Origin: Eubacteriales bacterium
GTDB lineage: Bacteria > Bacillota > Clostridia > Christensenellales > Aristaeellaceae
Direction: 5' to 3'
NCBI GenBank assembly: GCA_031549415.1
Contig: JAVBPU010000014.1
Location: 7,982 to 71,981 of the forward strand
Length of the DNA stretch: 64,000 nt
This document shows positions 1 through 8,294 of the stretch, in pieces. Numbering within the stretch: position 1 is the first letter of the stretch; each line of letters opens with the position of its first letter. The position numbers and the translations under genes were made by a program. The notes beneath the pieces were generated by a model that saw nothing but the letters and a program-made list of their open reading frames with translations, did no database searches and had not been told where the DNA came from.

Positions 1-70
1 GGGCGCGGGCCTCCTTGGCCAAGTCGCCCACGGGAAGGGTTTGGGATGGGGGCACGTGTTTCCGGATCAT
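1..70 (-). CDS. Hypothetical protein, 5' end only (continues beyond the window edge)
   Basis: ATG at 70..68 lies 1 nt after the TGA of the upstream ORF. It reads MIRKHVPPSQTLPVGDLAKEARA to position 1. No homology recognised. Confidence 0.25.
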   Translation of the reverse strand, partial: MIRKHVPPSQTLPVGDLAKEARA

Positions 71-71
71 A

Positions 72-326
72 TCAATCGCCCCTTAACAGGTAGATGCTGT
101 CTTGCCGCGTTGTTACGATCACGGACAGGCCTTTTCGTTTGGCCGTTTTCCACATGGAGTCGTAAACTAACCGACGCGCCTTACCGTCCAGGTTGACCTT
201 CGCGGCGTCATTCCCGCTATCGAGAAATTCCCGAAGAATGTCCATGTAAGCTGAACCTGGCTTCCTCCCCCGTCTATGTGTTAGGTTCAAAACTTCGTCT
301 TTCGTGGGTCCAAAATCAAGCGTCAC
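72..326 (-). CDS. Small hypothetical protein (84 aa), phage or element early-operon context
   Basis: ORF track. Co-oriented and closely spaced with neighbouring small ORFs downstream of the Cro-like gene. No family recognised. Confidence 0.45.
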   Translation of the reverse strand: MTLDFGPTKDEVLNLTHRRGRKPGSAYMDILREFLDSGNDAAKVNLDGKARRLVYDSMWKTAKRKGLSVIVTTRQDSIYLLRGD

Positions 327-341
327 TGTGTTGTCCTCCTT

Positions 342-569
342 TCAGGCCTTCCCGGCCTCTTTTGCAATGTGTTCCTCCGCGTCCCCGGCCACGGCTTCCA
401 AACTTGTGGAGGCATGCACCTCCCACACCCGCTTGCCCTTGTAGTGCAGTACCCAGACCCAGCGCTGGTCCATGCCGCAAGTCTCTATCCACTGTTTCAG
501 TGCGTAGTCCAGGCGGGCCCAGTGGGTGTAGTGCACGGGTGATTGGCAGGTCCAGTGGGTCATGGGCAT
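342..569 (-). CDS. Small hypothetical protein (75 aa)
   Basis: ORF track. Overlaps the upstream HTH gene by 10 nt (operon-like). Trp/His-rich. No family recognised. Confidence 0.4.
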   Translation of the reverse strand: MPMTHWTCQSPVHYTHWARLDYALKQWIETCGMDQRWVWVLHYKGKRVWEVHASTSLEAVAGDAEEHIAKEAGKA

Positions 570-781
570 TCATCCTCCTTCCACCCCATGTATTTTGAAA
601 ATGGAATACGTGGAATTTTTGTTCTGCGTTTTATCCGAATTACTGGAAATCCAAGGGCGTCCCGCCCTTGTTGCGTTTTTGCCATGATAGAAATTGCATA
701 TGGGGCGCTTTTTAAAACCGGCGCAACTTGCGCAGGAGTTAGCACTTCATCGGTCATGGCTGCAATATCGGCTAGGGTCAT
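560..781 (-). CDS. Excisionase/MerR-like helix-turn-helix DNA-binding protein (phage type)
   Basis: 73 aa. The LTPAQVAPVLKSAPYAISIMAK...GFPVIRIKRRTKIPRIPF pattern is typical of small phage HTH_17/excisionase-family proteins. Confidence 0.5.
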   Translation of the reverse strand: MTLADIAAMTDEVLTPAQVAPVLKSAPYAISIMAKTQQGRDALGFPVIRIKRRTKIPRIPFSKYMGWKEDECP

Positions 782-809
782 CCTTTACGCCTCACTTCCA
801 ACCATTGTA

Positions 810-1019
810 TTAATTACTTAAAGTGGTTTTTGTCGGCAAAAAAATATGATCTAATGGTATGCCATACAAGCGGCTCAATTCTTGCATTTGATCAGCTCTT
901 GGAGCTGTTCGTCCCTTTTCCCAATTAATAATGGTGGTCTTGTCAACCTTGATCTTGTCCGCCACATCTGCCTACCTATATCCCGCGTTGACCCTGGCTG
1001 CTTTGAGTGATATGGTCAC
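810..1019 (-). pseudogene. Cro-like XRE-family HTH regulator interrupted by an in-frame TAG
   Basis: My own translation: GTG at 1019 (SD GAGGAGG 8 nt upstream) gives VTISLKAARVNAGYR, then TAG at 972..974, then ADVADKIKVDKTTIINWEKGRTAPRADQMQELSRLYGIPLDHIFLPTKTTLSN and TAA at 810..812. The stop sits where XRE HTH proteins normally have Q/T (CAG to TAG is one step). Absent from the ORF track because each half is under 60 aa. Confidence 0.6.
816..824. promoter_or_regulatory. Operator-like palindrome ACTTAAAGT (copy 1), at the 3' end of the Cro-like gene
   Basis: Exact ACTTAAAGT (ACTT-N-AAGT palindrome). The extended match TACTTAAAGTGGTTT is shared with the copy at 1060. Confidence 0.45.
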
Positions 1020-1049
1020 TTGCCTTTCCTCCTCTCATTTCATAAACAC

Positions 1050-1078
1050 AGCTTACACTACTTAAAGTGGTTTGTAAA
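1050..1078 (-). promoter_or_regulatory. Candidate sigma-A promoter for the Cro-like operon
   Basis: On the minus strand: TTTACA (1078..1073), 17 nt spacer, TAAGCT (1055..1050). Operator copy 2 lies in the spacer. Confidence 0.4.
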
Positions 1079-1088
1079 TACTTAAAGT
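1060..1088. promoter_or_regulatory. Two operator-like palindromes ACTTAAAGT (copies 2 and 3) between the divergent HTH genes
   Basis: Exact ACTTAAAGT at 1060..1068 and 1080..1088, centre-to-centre 20 bp. Confidence 0.55.
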
Positions 1089-1108
1089 GCTTTTATTTCG
1101 CAAAAATA

Positions 1109-1137
1109 TTGACTTTATATTTCTTTAAGTGTATATT
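1109..1137 (+). promoter_or_regulatory. Near-consensus sigma-A promoter for the CI-like repressor gene, with an embedded operator half-match
   Basis: TTGACT (1109..1114), 17 nt spacer, TATATT (1132..1137). The spacer contains tCTTTAAGT (1122..1130), the same palindrome with the central base flipped. Confidence 0.55.
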
Positions 1138-1158
1138 AAAATCGGAGGTGAAAAGCAT

Positions 1159-1536
1159 ATGAGTCTGGATGATAATTTGAGGAGCATTTTTGCAAAAAAC
1201 TTGAATGCGCAACTTGAAAAGCATGATAAAACGCAGATAGAGGTGGCAGATAAATTAGGGATAAAGCAGTCAACTTTTTCTAGCTGGTGCACGGGCGCAA
1301 AAATGCCAAGGATGGACAAGGTCCAGTCGCTCGCGGACTATTTCGGCGTGATGAAGTCGGACCTGATCGAGGAGAAATTTGCCTCTACGTCAGATGACGA
1401 GTTGGCCGAAGAAGTTAATGAGGTCATTCGACTGTACCGCGCCGCGCCGGAAGAGATGCGGGCAGCCTTTCGTGGGATGTTAAAAGCCGCCGCGACCACT
1501 CAATCAAGCATGGGTGCAACTTCAAGAGATAAATGA
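1159..1536 (+). CDS. CI-like XRE-family HTH repressor (125 aa), apparently intact
   Basis: ATG at 1159 with SD GGAGGTG. Carries the HTH motif LRSIFAKNLNAQLEKHDKTQIEVADKLGIKQSTFSSWCTGAKMPRMDKVQSLADYFGV. Divergent from the Cro-like gene. Confidence 0.75.
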   Translation: MSLDDNLRSIFAKNLNAQLEKHDKTQIEVADKLGIKQSTFSSWCTGAKMPRMDKVQSLADYFGVMKSDLIEEKFASTSDDELAEEVNEVIRLYRAAPEEMRAAFRGMLKAAATTQSSMGATSRDK

Positions 1537-1674
1537 TCTCTACTTCTTCCTGGGAATATGAGTCGTTTTCATAGTCCATCCCCCGATCTGGTTCCCAATG
1601 ATCTTGCCTCATATGCCGCACCTCTCTATGTTTTTTAGGGAACGTTTGTTTGTTTTTATAGTGTAGCACAAATC

Positions 1675-1692
1675 ACTTAAAGCGTAAAGTGC
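1675..1692. promoter_or_regulatory. Degenerate operator-like repeats upstream of the integrase
   Basis: ACTTAAAGC (8 of 9 match) is followed directly by GTAAAGTGC. Confidence 0.3.
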
Positions 1693-1869
1693 AAATTGTT
1701 GTATCCGCTTTGAGTGATATCACAAAATGTAGGGGTGTTACAGAAGGCCTGCGTATTAGCACAACAAGGAGCCAGCATACTTCTCCAGGAGGTGACTCCA
1801 TCCCACCTAAGCCGTGCAATCTGCCTGTGGGGTTGGCCTACGAACAACACATTCAGGAGGTTGGTTTAT

Positions 1870-3001
1870 TTGAATTGTCGCAAATGCCAAATAGAGCTTC
1901 CAGAAAGCGCCATATTCTGCCCGCAATGCGGCGCGAGGCAGGTCAAAAGCGTCAAAAAAAAAGAACCCATGGAAACGGCCTTGGCAGCGTCTACAGCATC
2001 GGGACATCATGGATGGCAGAGCGTACTATAGGCTGGCAGGCCGTGGAAAAAGAGGATGGCTCTTTTAAGAAAATACGAATTTCTGAGCGAAAGGCTGGCT
2101 TTCCCACCAAGCGCGAAGCCCAGCAATACTTGAACGAACTCTTTCAGAAACAACAACCATCTGGAAAAGCCGTCAACACTATTGCGGAACTCTATGAAAT
2201 GTATAGAGCGTCCTTTGGTTTTGAACGGCTCTCAAAAGATAAACAAGGCGCTTATAAAAAGGCTTATGAGCGCATAGCCTCGCTAAAAGATCATAAAATC
2301 GACCTTGTGGGTATTCAAGCGCTCCGAGATATCATTTCTGGTCTCAACTATTACCCCGCAAAATATATAAAAGACCTGATGAGTCACTTATACAAAATTG
2401 CCGTGGCAGAGGGGCAAGTGCAGACCAATCTTTCACAATTCATTGAGTTACCAGAGCTTTACGCAGAAGAAACCACACCATGGAATGAAGATGAAACAAA
2501 AGCTCTGTGGACCGCATGGCGGACGGCGACAGGATCGCCGCTGCTTGCATTCTGATGATTTACAGTGGCATGATGCCCGGCGAACTGTTTGCTCTTGAGC
2601 TGCCCATGATCCAATGGGACAGAAATGCTATCGTTGGGTGTGGCTTGAAAACAAAAAAGCGCAAAGAGCAGCCCATCGTATTTCCCGACCTCGTCAAACC
2701 GGTCCTTGAGGACTTATGCAATACATCACCATCGGCAAAGGGCAGAGTGCTTGGAATGAACCGGGACAATTTTTATAAAAGTTTTAATGCTATGAAGGAG
2801 CGTCTCCGAATTCGCACAGAAATACGTCCATATTCTGGCCGCCACAGCACTAGCACGAGCTTAGCAGTGGCAAATGTTCCTATAGCCCTGATCGTTGAAA
2901 TCATGAGGCAGAAAAATTATACCACCACGCTGAAACACTATAATCAGCTTGATACAAAAGACCTGGTGGCGGCACTCAACGAGCTAAAGCCCGTTGAGTA
3001 A
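1870..3001 (+). pseudogene. Tyrosine recombinase/phage integrase with N-terminal zinc ribbon, disrupted by two frameshifts
   Basis: TTG at 1870 (SD AGGAGG 1855..1860) gives MNCRKCQIELPESAIFCPQCGARQVKSVKKK. The frame is lost in an A9 run (1954..1962). It continues in another frame as RTHGNGLGSVYSIGTSWMAERTIGW...WNEDETKALWTAW. A second shift near 2517..2522 leads to ADGDRIAAACILMIYSGMMPGEL...GRHSTSTS...TTTLKHY. The catalytic Arg of the GxRxGE box reads Met. Confidence 0.7.
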
Positions 3002-3066
3002 TGTTTGAGTATTAGAACATTTTTTAGCTATTTTTTCTACAATTTTTTGTGACGGCAATTGATTGA

Positions 3067-3111
3067 AGAAAAAACCGCCACCCCTTTGATCGTAGGGTTT
3101 GGCGGTCTTTT
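3067..3111. terminator. Bidirectional hairpin between the integrase and tRNA-Ser
   Basis: ACCGCCACCC (3074..3083) pairs with GGGttTGGCGGT (3095..3106). An A-run lies on the left and a T-run on the right. Confidence 0.45.
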
Positions 3112-3201
3112 GGCGGAGAAGGAGGGATTTGAACCCTCGCTGCACTTTCGCACACTACTCCCTTAGCAGGGGAGCCCCTTCGGCCACTTGGGTACTTCTC
3201 C
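3111..3201 (-). tRNA. tRNA-Ser (anticodon GCU)
   Basis: Reverse complement is GGAGAAGTACCCAAGTGGCCGAAGGGGCTCCCCTGCTAAGGGAG...long variable arm...GAGGGTTCAAATCCCTCCTTCTCCGCCA. Folds as a cloverleaf with anticodon loop CTGCTAA and an encoded CCA. Confidence 0.9.
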
Positions 3202-3244
3202 ATGGTGATCGGCCGTGTATGCCCTTGCTTTTCAAAGAAAAAGC

Positions 3245-3333
3245 TGGCGGAGAGAGAGGGATTCGAACCCCCGGTACCTCTCGGTATCACTGGTTTTCAA
3301 GACCAGCGCCATCAACCGCTCGGCCATCTCTCC
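3245..3333 (-). tRNA. tRNA-Ser (anticodon UGA)
   Basis: Reverse complement is GGAGAGATGGCCGAGCGGTTGATGGCGCTGGTCTTGAAAACCAG...long variable arm...GGGGGTTCGAATCCCTCTCTCTCCGCCA. Anticodon loop CTTGAAA. CCA is encoded. Confidence 0.9.
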
Positions 3334-3424
3334 ATCTTGTGGGCTCCGCGCCTGGTTTGCCATGCGGCAAACTCCCTGCGTTAACCGGGCAATGCCCTCC
3401 CCCAAAGTGGAACCAGCGAAAAAT

Positions 3425-3453
3425 AGTATATCAGTTTCCGGTTTTTACGTCAA
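3425..3453 (-). promoter_or_regulatory. Candidate sigma-A promoter for the tRNA-Ser pair
   Basis: Minus strand: TTGACG (3453..3448), 17 nt spacer, TATACT (3430..3425). This leaves a leader of about 88 nt before the first tRNA. Confidence 0.45.
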
Positions 3454-3527
3454 CCTATTTTCTTGGGTATTTTACGCTTTCTTCCATATTTTATGCTTTC
3501 CCGGTATTTGAGCGGCTCTAAACTGCT

Positions 3528-4898
3528 TTATAGAATAAACCGCTTAAAATCCACGGTCACCTCGTCCTTCCCCAAATGGTCCATCACATAGTCCCCATTG
3601 ATGTTCAAATACACATTGGGCATATCCTCTCCGCCGGCATTAAAAGAAATGTCCTCCAAAAGCTTCTCAAACACCGCATGCAGCCGCCTGGCGCCAATGT
3701 CCTCCTTGGTTTCATTCAGTACATAGGCCGCATTGGCAATGGCGTCAATGGCGGAATCCTCAAAGGACAGGAACACTTTGTCCACCGATAGCAGCGCCTC
3801 ATATTGCCGGGTTAAAGCATTGTCGGGCTGAATCAGGATGGCTTTGAAATCATCCCGGGTCAGGCTCTTTAGCTTCACATGCACGGGAAAGCGGCCTTGC
3901 AGTTCCGGAATCAAATCCGTCACTTTGGCCACATGGAACGCGCCGGCGGCAACGAACAGGATGAAATCCGTACGCACCGGGCCATACTTGGTGTTGACCG
4001 TGCTGCCCTCCACAATGGGCAAAATATCCCGCTGCACGCCTTCCCGGCTTACATCCGGGCCGTGTCCCCCGGTAGACCGCCCAGCCACCTTGTCAATCTC
4101 GTCAATAAACACAATGCCGTGCTGCTCCGCACGCCGCAGCGCTTCTTCCTTCACGGCATCCTCATCAATCAGCTTGGCGGATTCTTCCTGCAACAAAATC
4201 TGTCGGGCTTCCTTCACCTTCACCCGGCGGATCTTCGTCTTTTTGGGCATCATGCCCCCCATCATATCCCCAATGTTGATGGCGTTGCCGCCCACTTCCA
4301 GCTGGGGCGCGCTTTCCTCTACCTCAATTTCAATCTCCCGGTCCTCCAAGCTGCCGCTTCTCAGCTGCTGTAGCGCTTCGCCTCTGCGGGTGGCGATTCG
4401 TTCCTGCTCTTCCGGTGGAACCTCCGGCTCTTTCTTACCGCCCAGCAGCAATTCAAACGGGTTGGAGGAGCCGGTTTTTTTGGGCGGATGCACCAGCAGG
4501 CTCACCAATCGGTCCTCCGCCAGCACCATGGCGCGGGTTTCCACTTTTCTGGCGAATTCCTCCTGCACCAGACGGACGGCGTTCTCCATCAAATCCCGGA
4601 TGATGCTGTCCACATCCCGTCCCACATAGCCCACCTCGGTAAACTTGGTAGCCTCCACCTTCACAAAGGGGGCGTTCACCAGCTTCGCCAGCCGCCTGGC
4701 AATTTCTGTTTTGCCAACGCCGGTGGGCCCGATCATCAGAATATTCTTGGGGGTAATCTCGTTGCGCATGTCCTCGCTGACTTGCATGCGGCGGTAACGG
4801 TTGCGAAGGGCCACGGCCACGGCGCGCTTGGCCTCATCCTGCCCGATGATATACCGGTCCAACTCCCGCATGATCTCTCTGGGGGTCAACTCTTTCAT
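3528..4898 (-). CDS. hslU: ATP-dependent protease ATPase subunit HslU
   Basis: [37 protein letters not shown], Walker A GPTGVGKTEIARRLA, and the I-domain. The ATG overlaps the hslV stop (TAATG). The track ORF was trimmed from 4949. Confidence 0.93.
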   Translation of the reverse strand: MKELTPREIMRELDRYIIGQDEAKRAVAVALRNRYRRMQVSEDMRNEITPKNILMIGPTGVGKTEIARRLAKLVNAPFVKVEATKFTEVGYVGRDVDSIIRDLMENAVRLVQEEFARKVETRAMVLAEDRLVSLLVHPPKKTGSSNPFELLLGGKKEPEVPPEEQERIATRRGEALQQLRSGSLEDREIEIEVEESAPQLEVGGNAINIGDMMGGMMPKKTKIRRVKVKEARQILLQEESAKLIDEDAVKEEALRRAEQHGIVFIDEIDKVAGRSTGGHGPDVSREGVQRDILPIVEGSTVNTKYGPVRTDFILFVAAGAFHVAKVTDLIPELQGRFPVHVKLKSLTRDDFKAILIQPDNALTRQYEALLSVDKVFLSFEDSAIDAIANAAYVLNETKEDIGARRLHAVFEKLLEDISFNAGGEDMPNVYLNINGDYVMDHLGKDEVTVDFKRFIL

Positions 4899-5437
4899 TA
4901 CGCTTCTCCTAACACTTCCACGGAAATGTGGTCGTTGGTAAAAACACAAATGGACGCGGCCACCTGCAGAGCCTTCACGGCGATTTCCTCCGCGCTGAGC
5001 CCGGTGTTTTGCACCAGGGCCCGGGCCGCGGCCAAGGCATAATTGCCGCCGGAACCAATGGCCGCCACGCCATCGTCCGGGTCAATCACTTCCCCGTTTC
5101 CGCTCAAAATCAGCATGGTACTTTGGTCCGCCACAATCAGCATGCTTTCCAGCTTGCGCATCACATTGTCGCCACGCCAATCCTGGGCCAGGTTCACCGC
5201 CGCCCGCTCCAAATTGCCGCCGCACTGGGTCAGCTTTTCCTCAAAGCGCTCGCACAGGGAAAAAGCATCCGCCACAGAGCCCGCAAAACCAGTGATCACT
5301 TGCCCTCCATACAGCCGCCTCACCTTTTTGGCGGAGGATTTAAAAACCGTATTCTCCCCCATGGTCACCTGGCCATCCCCGGCAATGGCTACCTGGTTTC
5401 CACGCTTCACAGCGCAAATGGTGGTTCCCTTCATCAT
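4898..5437 (-). CDS. hslV: ATP-dependent protease peptidase subunit HslV
   Basis: [25 protein letters not shown] carries the N-terminal Thr nucleophile motif. SD GAGGAA precedes the ATG at 5437. Confidence 0.9.
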   Translation of the reverse strand: MMKGTTICAVKRGNQVAIAGDGQVTMGENTVFKSSAKKVRRLYGGQVITGFAGSVADAFSLCERFEEKLTQCGGNLERAAVNLAQDWRGDNVMRKLESMLIVADQSTMLILSGNGEVIDPDDGVAAIGSGGNYALAAARALVQNTGLSAEEIAVKALQVAASICVFTNDHISVEVLGEA

Positions 5438-5447
5438 GGCACGTTCC

Positions 5448-6914
5448 TCATTCTCTTTCTGCCGCTGCCGCCCACACATTTTTCATCCACGCAATGATGT
5501 CTCTGGCAGCGGAGGTGTCCAGCTTCGCGGGCACGTCATACTCCTTGAGGGTTCCCTTCCAGCTTGGATCGCCTTCGTATCTCATCAGCAAATGGTTCAG
5601 CCCACGGTATACCTTGTAATCCACAAACCGAACCTTATCGCCAATCCTGTCCTCGTACAATTCCACGCCATTTTCCACGGAAATTTGAAAATCCTCATTG
5701 CCTTGGACGATATAGGTGGGAATTCTGGATTTGCGGATGAGCTGGATGATGTCATGCTGCTCCATTTCCCAGAAGTAATACCCATTGATGCCAAACAAGG
5801 TTTGCTGCCTCGCCTCTTCTTCCGTCATTAGCGGCAAGCGCTTTACCACCTCTCGCATAGGGGTGATTTGTTCATAGGCGTTTAGCTGCGCTTCCGGGTC
5901 CATTTGCTTAATCAACTCTTCATTCTGCCATAAAATCAACTGCGTAAGCGTCTGTGGCGTGCCCGAAATCAAAATCATCATTTTGAACAGGCCCGTGGCT
6001 TCCATGACGATGCGCGGGGCCAACATGGCTCCCATGCTATGCCCTACCACCACAATCTTGTTGCTGTCGATATTGTGGTTTTGCCGCAGAAGGTTCCCGG
6101 CGGCAATCGCGTCCTGGATGGTCTCCTCTTCGACCGTTAGGTTGGCGATTTGCTCCGCCGTCATGCTACTACCATAGGCATAGGTGCGCTTTTCATAGCG
6201 AAGCACCGCAATGCCCTTGGAAGCAAAGGCCTTGGCAATATCCGCGAACAGCTTGGTCTGCCCAATGGTTTCGTCCATGTCGCTGGGGCCGGAGCCATGC
6301 ACCAGCACGCAGGCCGGAACCCTGTTGGTGGGGCTGGCGCTATTGGGCATGGAAAGCTTTCCCTTCAGCTCATAAGGAGCCGACCCCACCACCACATCCG
6401 TTTCCGTATAGGTGGGCGTATTGGCAAAGGGGCTGCCTTCTTCATTTTCCCCCACTTGCATATCCCGGTCATTAGAAATGGCCTGCTTCTCCGCCGGGAT
6501 GAATTCTACCGCCATCACTTCCCAATCATCCGACTTGTCTTTGTGGGTAAAATACAGGTCCAAATCCTGTTTTTCCATGCAGAGATGCAGCACATGGGTC
6601 TTGGTTTTGCGGTTTTCCTCCGCAAAGGAAGTATAGGTGCCAAACTCCACAAAATCCCCCGTCATCCATTCCAACTCCGTCAACAGGCGCTGGTAGGTTT
6701 CCATGGGCATATAGCGGCGCAGTTGCAAATCATAATAGCCGCGCAGCCTGGCCAAATCTTCGCCCCGAATGAAATCCAAGGCATATTGTTTCACGGTTTC
6801 CTCGTTCCAAACCGGGACCCCGTCATTCATTTGTTTCGCTGCCAAGGCCCCCACCGGGAGCACGGAGAAGACCATGCAAAGGGCTACCATCCAGACCGCC
6901 AACTGCTTTTTCAT
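5448..6914 (-). CDS. Secreted alpha/beta-fold hydrolase with an N-terminal DUF3887-like domain
   Basis: Signal peptide [26 protein letters not shown]. Nucleophile elbow [17 protein letters not shown] precedes the ATG at 6914. Confidence 0.75.
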   Translation of the reverse strand: MKKQLAVWMVALCMVFSVLPVGALAAKQMNDGVPVWNEETVKQYALDFIRGEDLARLRGYYDLQLRRYMPMETYQRLLTELEWMTGDFVEFGTYTSFAEENRKTKTHVLHLCMEKQDLDLYFTHKDKSDDWEVMAVEFIPAEKQAISNDRDMQVGENEEGSPFANTPTYTETDVVVGSAPYELKGKLSMPNSASPTNRVPACVLVHGSGPSDMDETIGQTKLFADIAKAFASKGIAVLRYEKRTYAYGSSMTAEQIANLTVEEETIQDAIAAGNLLRQNHNIDSNKIVVVGHSMGAMLAPRIVMEATGLFKMMILISGTPQTLTQLILWQNEELIKQMDPEAQLNAYEQITPMREVVKRLPLMTEEEARQQTLFGINGYYFWEMEQHDIIQLIRKSRIPTYIVQGNEDFQISVENGVELYEDRIGDKVRFVDYKVYRGLNHLLMRYEGDPSWKGTLKEYDVPAKLDTSAARDIIAWMKNVWAAAAERE

Positions 6915-6965
6915 CAAGAACTCTCCTCCAAACCGGTTGCATTCAGTATAGCACATTTCATAGGG

Positions 6966-8294
6966 CTACATCATGTCCATACTTTGAACCAACTGTAAAA
7001 TCTGGTCCACTTCCAACAGGGCACGCTGAGCAATGAGCTCATACCGCTGTTGCTTGTTGCGAATCCTACGTTGCCCGGGTGCCACTTCCAGCGGGTCAAT
7101 GAGCCCAAAGGCGCAGTTCATGGGTTGAAAATTCCGGTTGGGGGCGCTCACATACCGGCCCATGGCCCCCAAAGCGGTTTTTCCTGAAAAGCGAGGCGGT
7201 TCCAGCCCTTTCAAGCGGAAGGCCAAGGTGATGCCCGCCAGCAACCCGCTGCCCGCGCTTTCCACATAGCCCTCCACCCCGGTGATCTGCCCGGCAAAGT
7301 AGCAGCCCGGCCGCTGGATCACCTGAAAGGTCTCGTCCAAAAAGCCGGGGCTGCTCACAAAGGTGTTGCGGTGCATTACGCCCAGGCGGGCAAACTCGGC
7401 TTTTTCCAAGCCAGGGATCATGGAAAACACGCGGCGCTGTTCCGGAAAAGTCAGCCGGGTTTGAAACCCCACAAGATTATACAGACTGCCCGCGAAATTG
7501 TCACAACGTAGCTGCACCACCGCAAAGGGCTCCCTCCCGGTGCGGGGGTCTTTGAGGCCCACAGGCTTTAAGGGCCCAAAGGCAATGGCCATTTCCCCGC
7601 GCTTTGCCAGGCTTTCGATGGGCATGCAGCCTTCAAATACCGCTTTTTCTTCAAAGCCATGCACAGGCACCGTTTCCGCCGTCACCAACGCCTGATAAAA
7701 GGCCATGTACGCTTCCCGGTCCATGGGGCAGTTGAGGTAATCCTCTCCCCGCTCGTACCGGGACATGCGAAACACCTTGTCCCTATCCAAAGAATCCGCC
7801 GTGACGATGGGCGCGGCCGCATCATAAAAATGCAGCATGGGAAGGCCCTGCATCCGCGCGATGGCCTCGCTCAGCCCATCGCTGGTCAAGGGGCCTGTGG
7901 CGATGATCACCGGGCCTTCCGGGGGAATCGACCTCACTTCCTCTTCCCGCACGGTAATCAAGGGATGGCTTCGGATGGCCTCATCCACCCCGGCGGAAAA
8001 ATGCTCTCGGTCCACCGCCAGGGCGCCGCCCGCAGGCACCGCAGTGGCGTCCGCCACGCGCATCACCAAGGAATCCAGCTTGCGCATTTCCGCTTTCAGC
8101 AGCCCCACCGCGTTGGTCAGCCTGTCCGAGCGAAGGCTGTTGCTGCAAACCAGCTCCGCCATGGTAGAAAGCTGCTGGGCCGGTGTTTTCTTGTGGGGCT
8201 TCATTTCAAACAGCTCCACAGGAATCCCCCGTTTCGCCAGCTGCCAGGCGGCCTCACACCCTGCCAGCCCGCCCCCGATGACCGTCACTTTCAT
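6966..8294 (-). CDS. trmFO: Methylenetetrahydrofolate--tRNA-(uracil-5-)-methyltransferase TrmFO
   Basis: [36 protein letters not shown] motif, with full-length resemblance to Gid/TrmFO. ATGA overlap with the topA stop. Confidence 0.92.
   Translation of the reverse strand: MKVTVIGGGLAGCEAAWQLAKRGIPVELFEMKPHKKTPAQQLSTMAELVCSNSLRSDRLTNAVGLLKAEMRKLDSLVMRVADATAVPAGGALAVDREHFSAGVDEAIRSHPLITVREEEVRSIPPEGPVIIATGPLTSDGLSEAIARMQGLPMLHFYDAAAPIVTADSLDRDKVFRMSRYERGEDYLNCPMDREAYMAFYQALVTAETVPVHGFEEKAVFEGCMPIESLAKRGEMAIAFGPLKPVGLKDPRTGREPFAVVQLRCDNFAGSLYNLVGFQTRLTFPEQRRVFSMIPGLEKAEFARLGVMHRNTFVSSPGFLDETFQVIQRPGCYFAGQITGVEGYVESAGSGLLAGITLAFRLKGLEPPRFSGKTALGAMGRYVSAPNRNFQPMNCAFGLIDPLEVAPGQRRIRNKQQRYELIAQRALLEVDQILQLVQSMDMM

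Larger units (their letters stand above)
1..3110. mobile_element. Right-hand end of a degraded prophage or integrative element next to tRNA-Ser(GCU). The left boundary is outside the window.
   Basis: Contains a divergent Cro-like/CI-like HTH pair with repeated operators, an excisionase-like HTH, and a tyrosine integrase reading toward the tRNA 3' end. The ~580-3100 stretch is visibly AT-richer than the flanks. Several genes carry inactivating lesions. Confidence 0.6.

Noticed and set aside
972-974. The in-frame TAG could be decoded as pyrrolysine, or there could be other recoding.
   Set aside because: No pyl genes or PYLIS-like context are seen in the window. The neighbouring integrase is also broken, so simple nonsense decay is the more economical explanation.
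3334-3424. A possible small RNA gene, such as SRP RNA, which neighbours tRNA-Ser in Bacillus, between the tRNA and its promoter.
   Set aside because: The conserved SRP domain IV motif (GGAAGCAGCC-like) is absent on both strands. The region is too short for a Gram-positive SRP RNA. It is treated as a tRNA leader.
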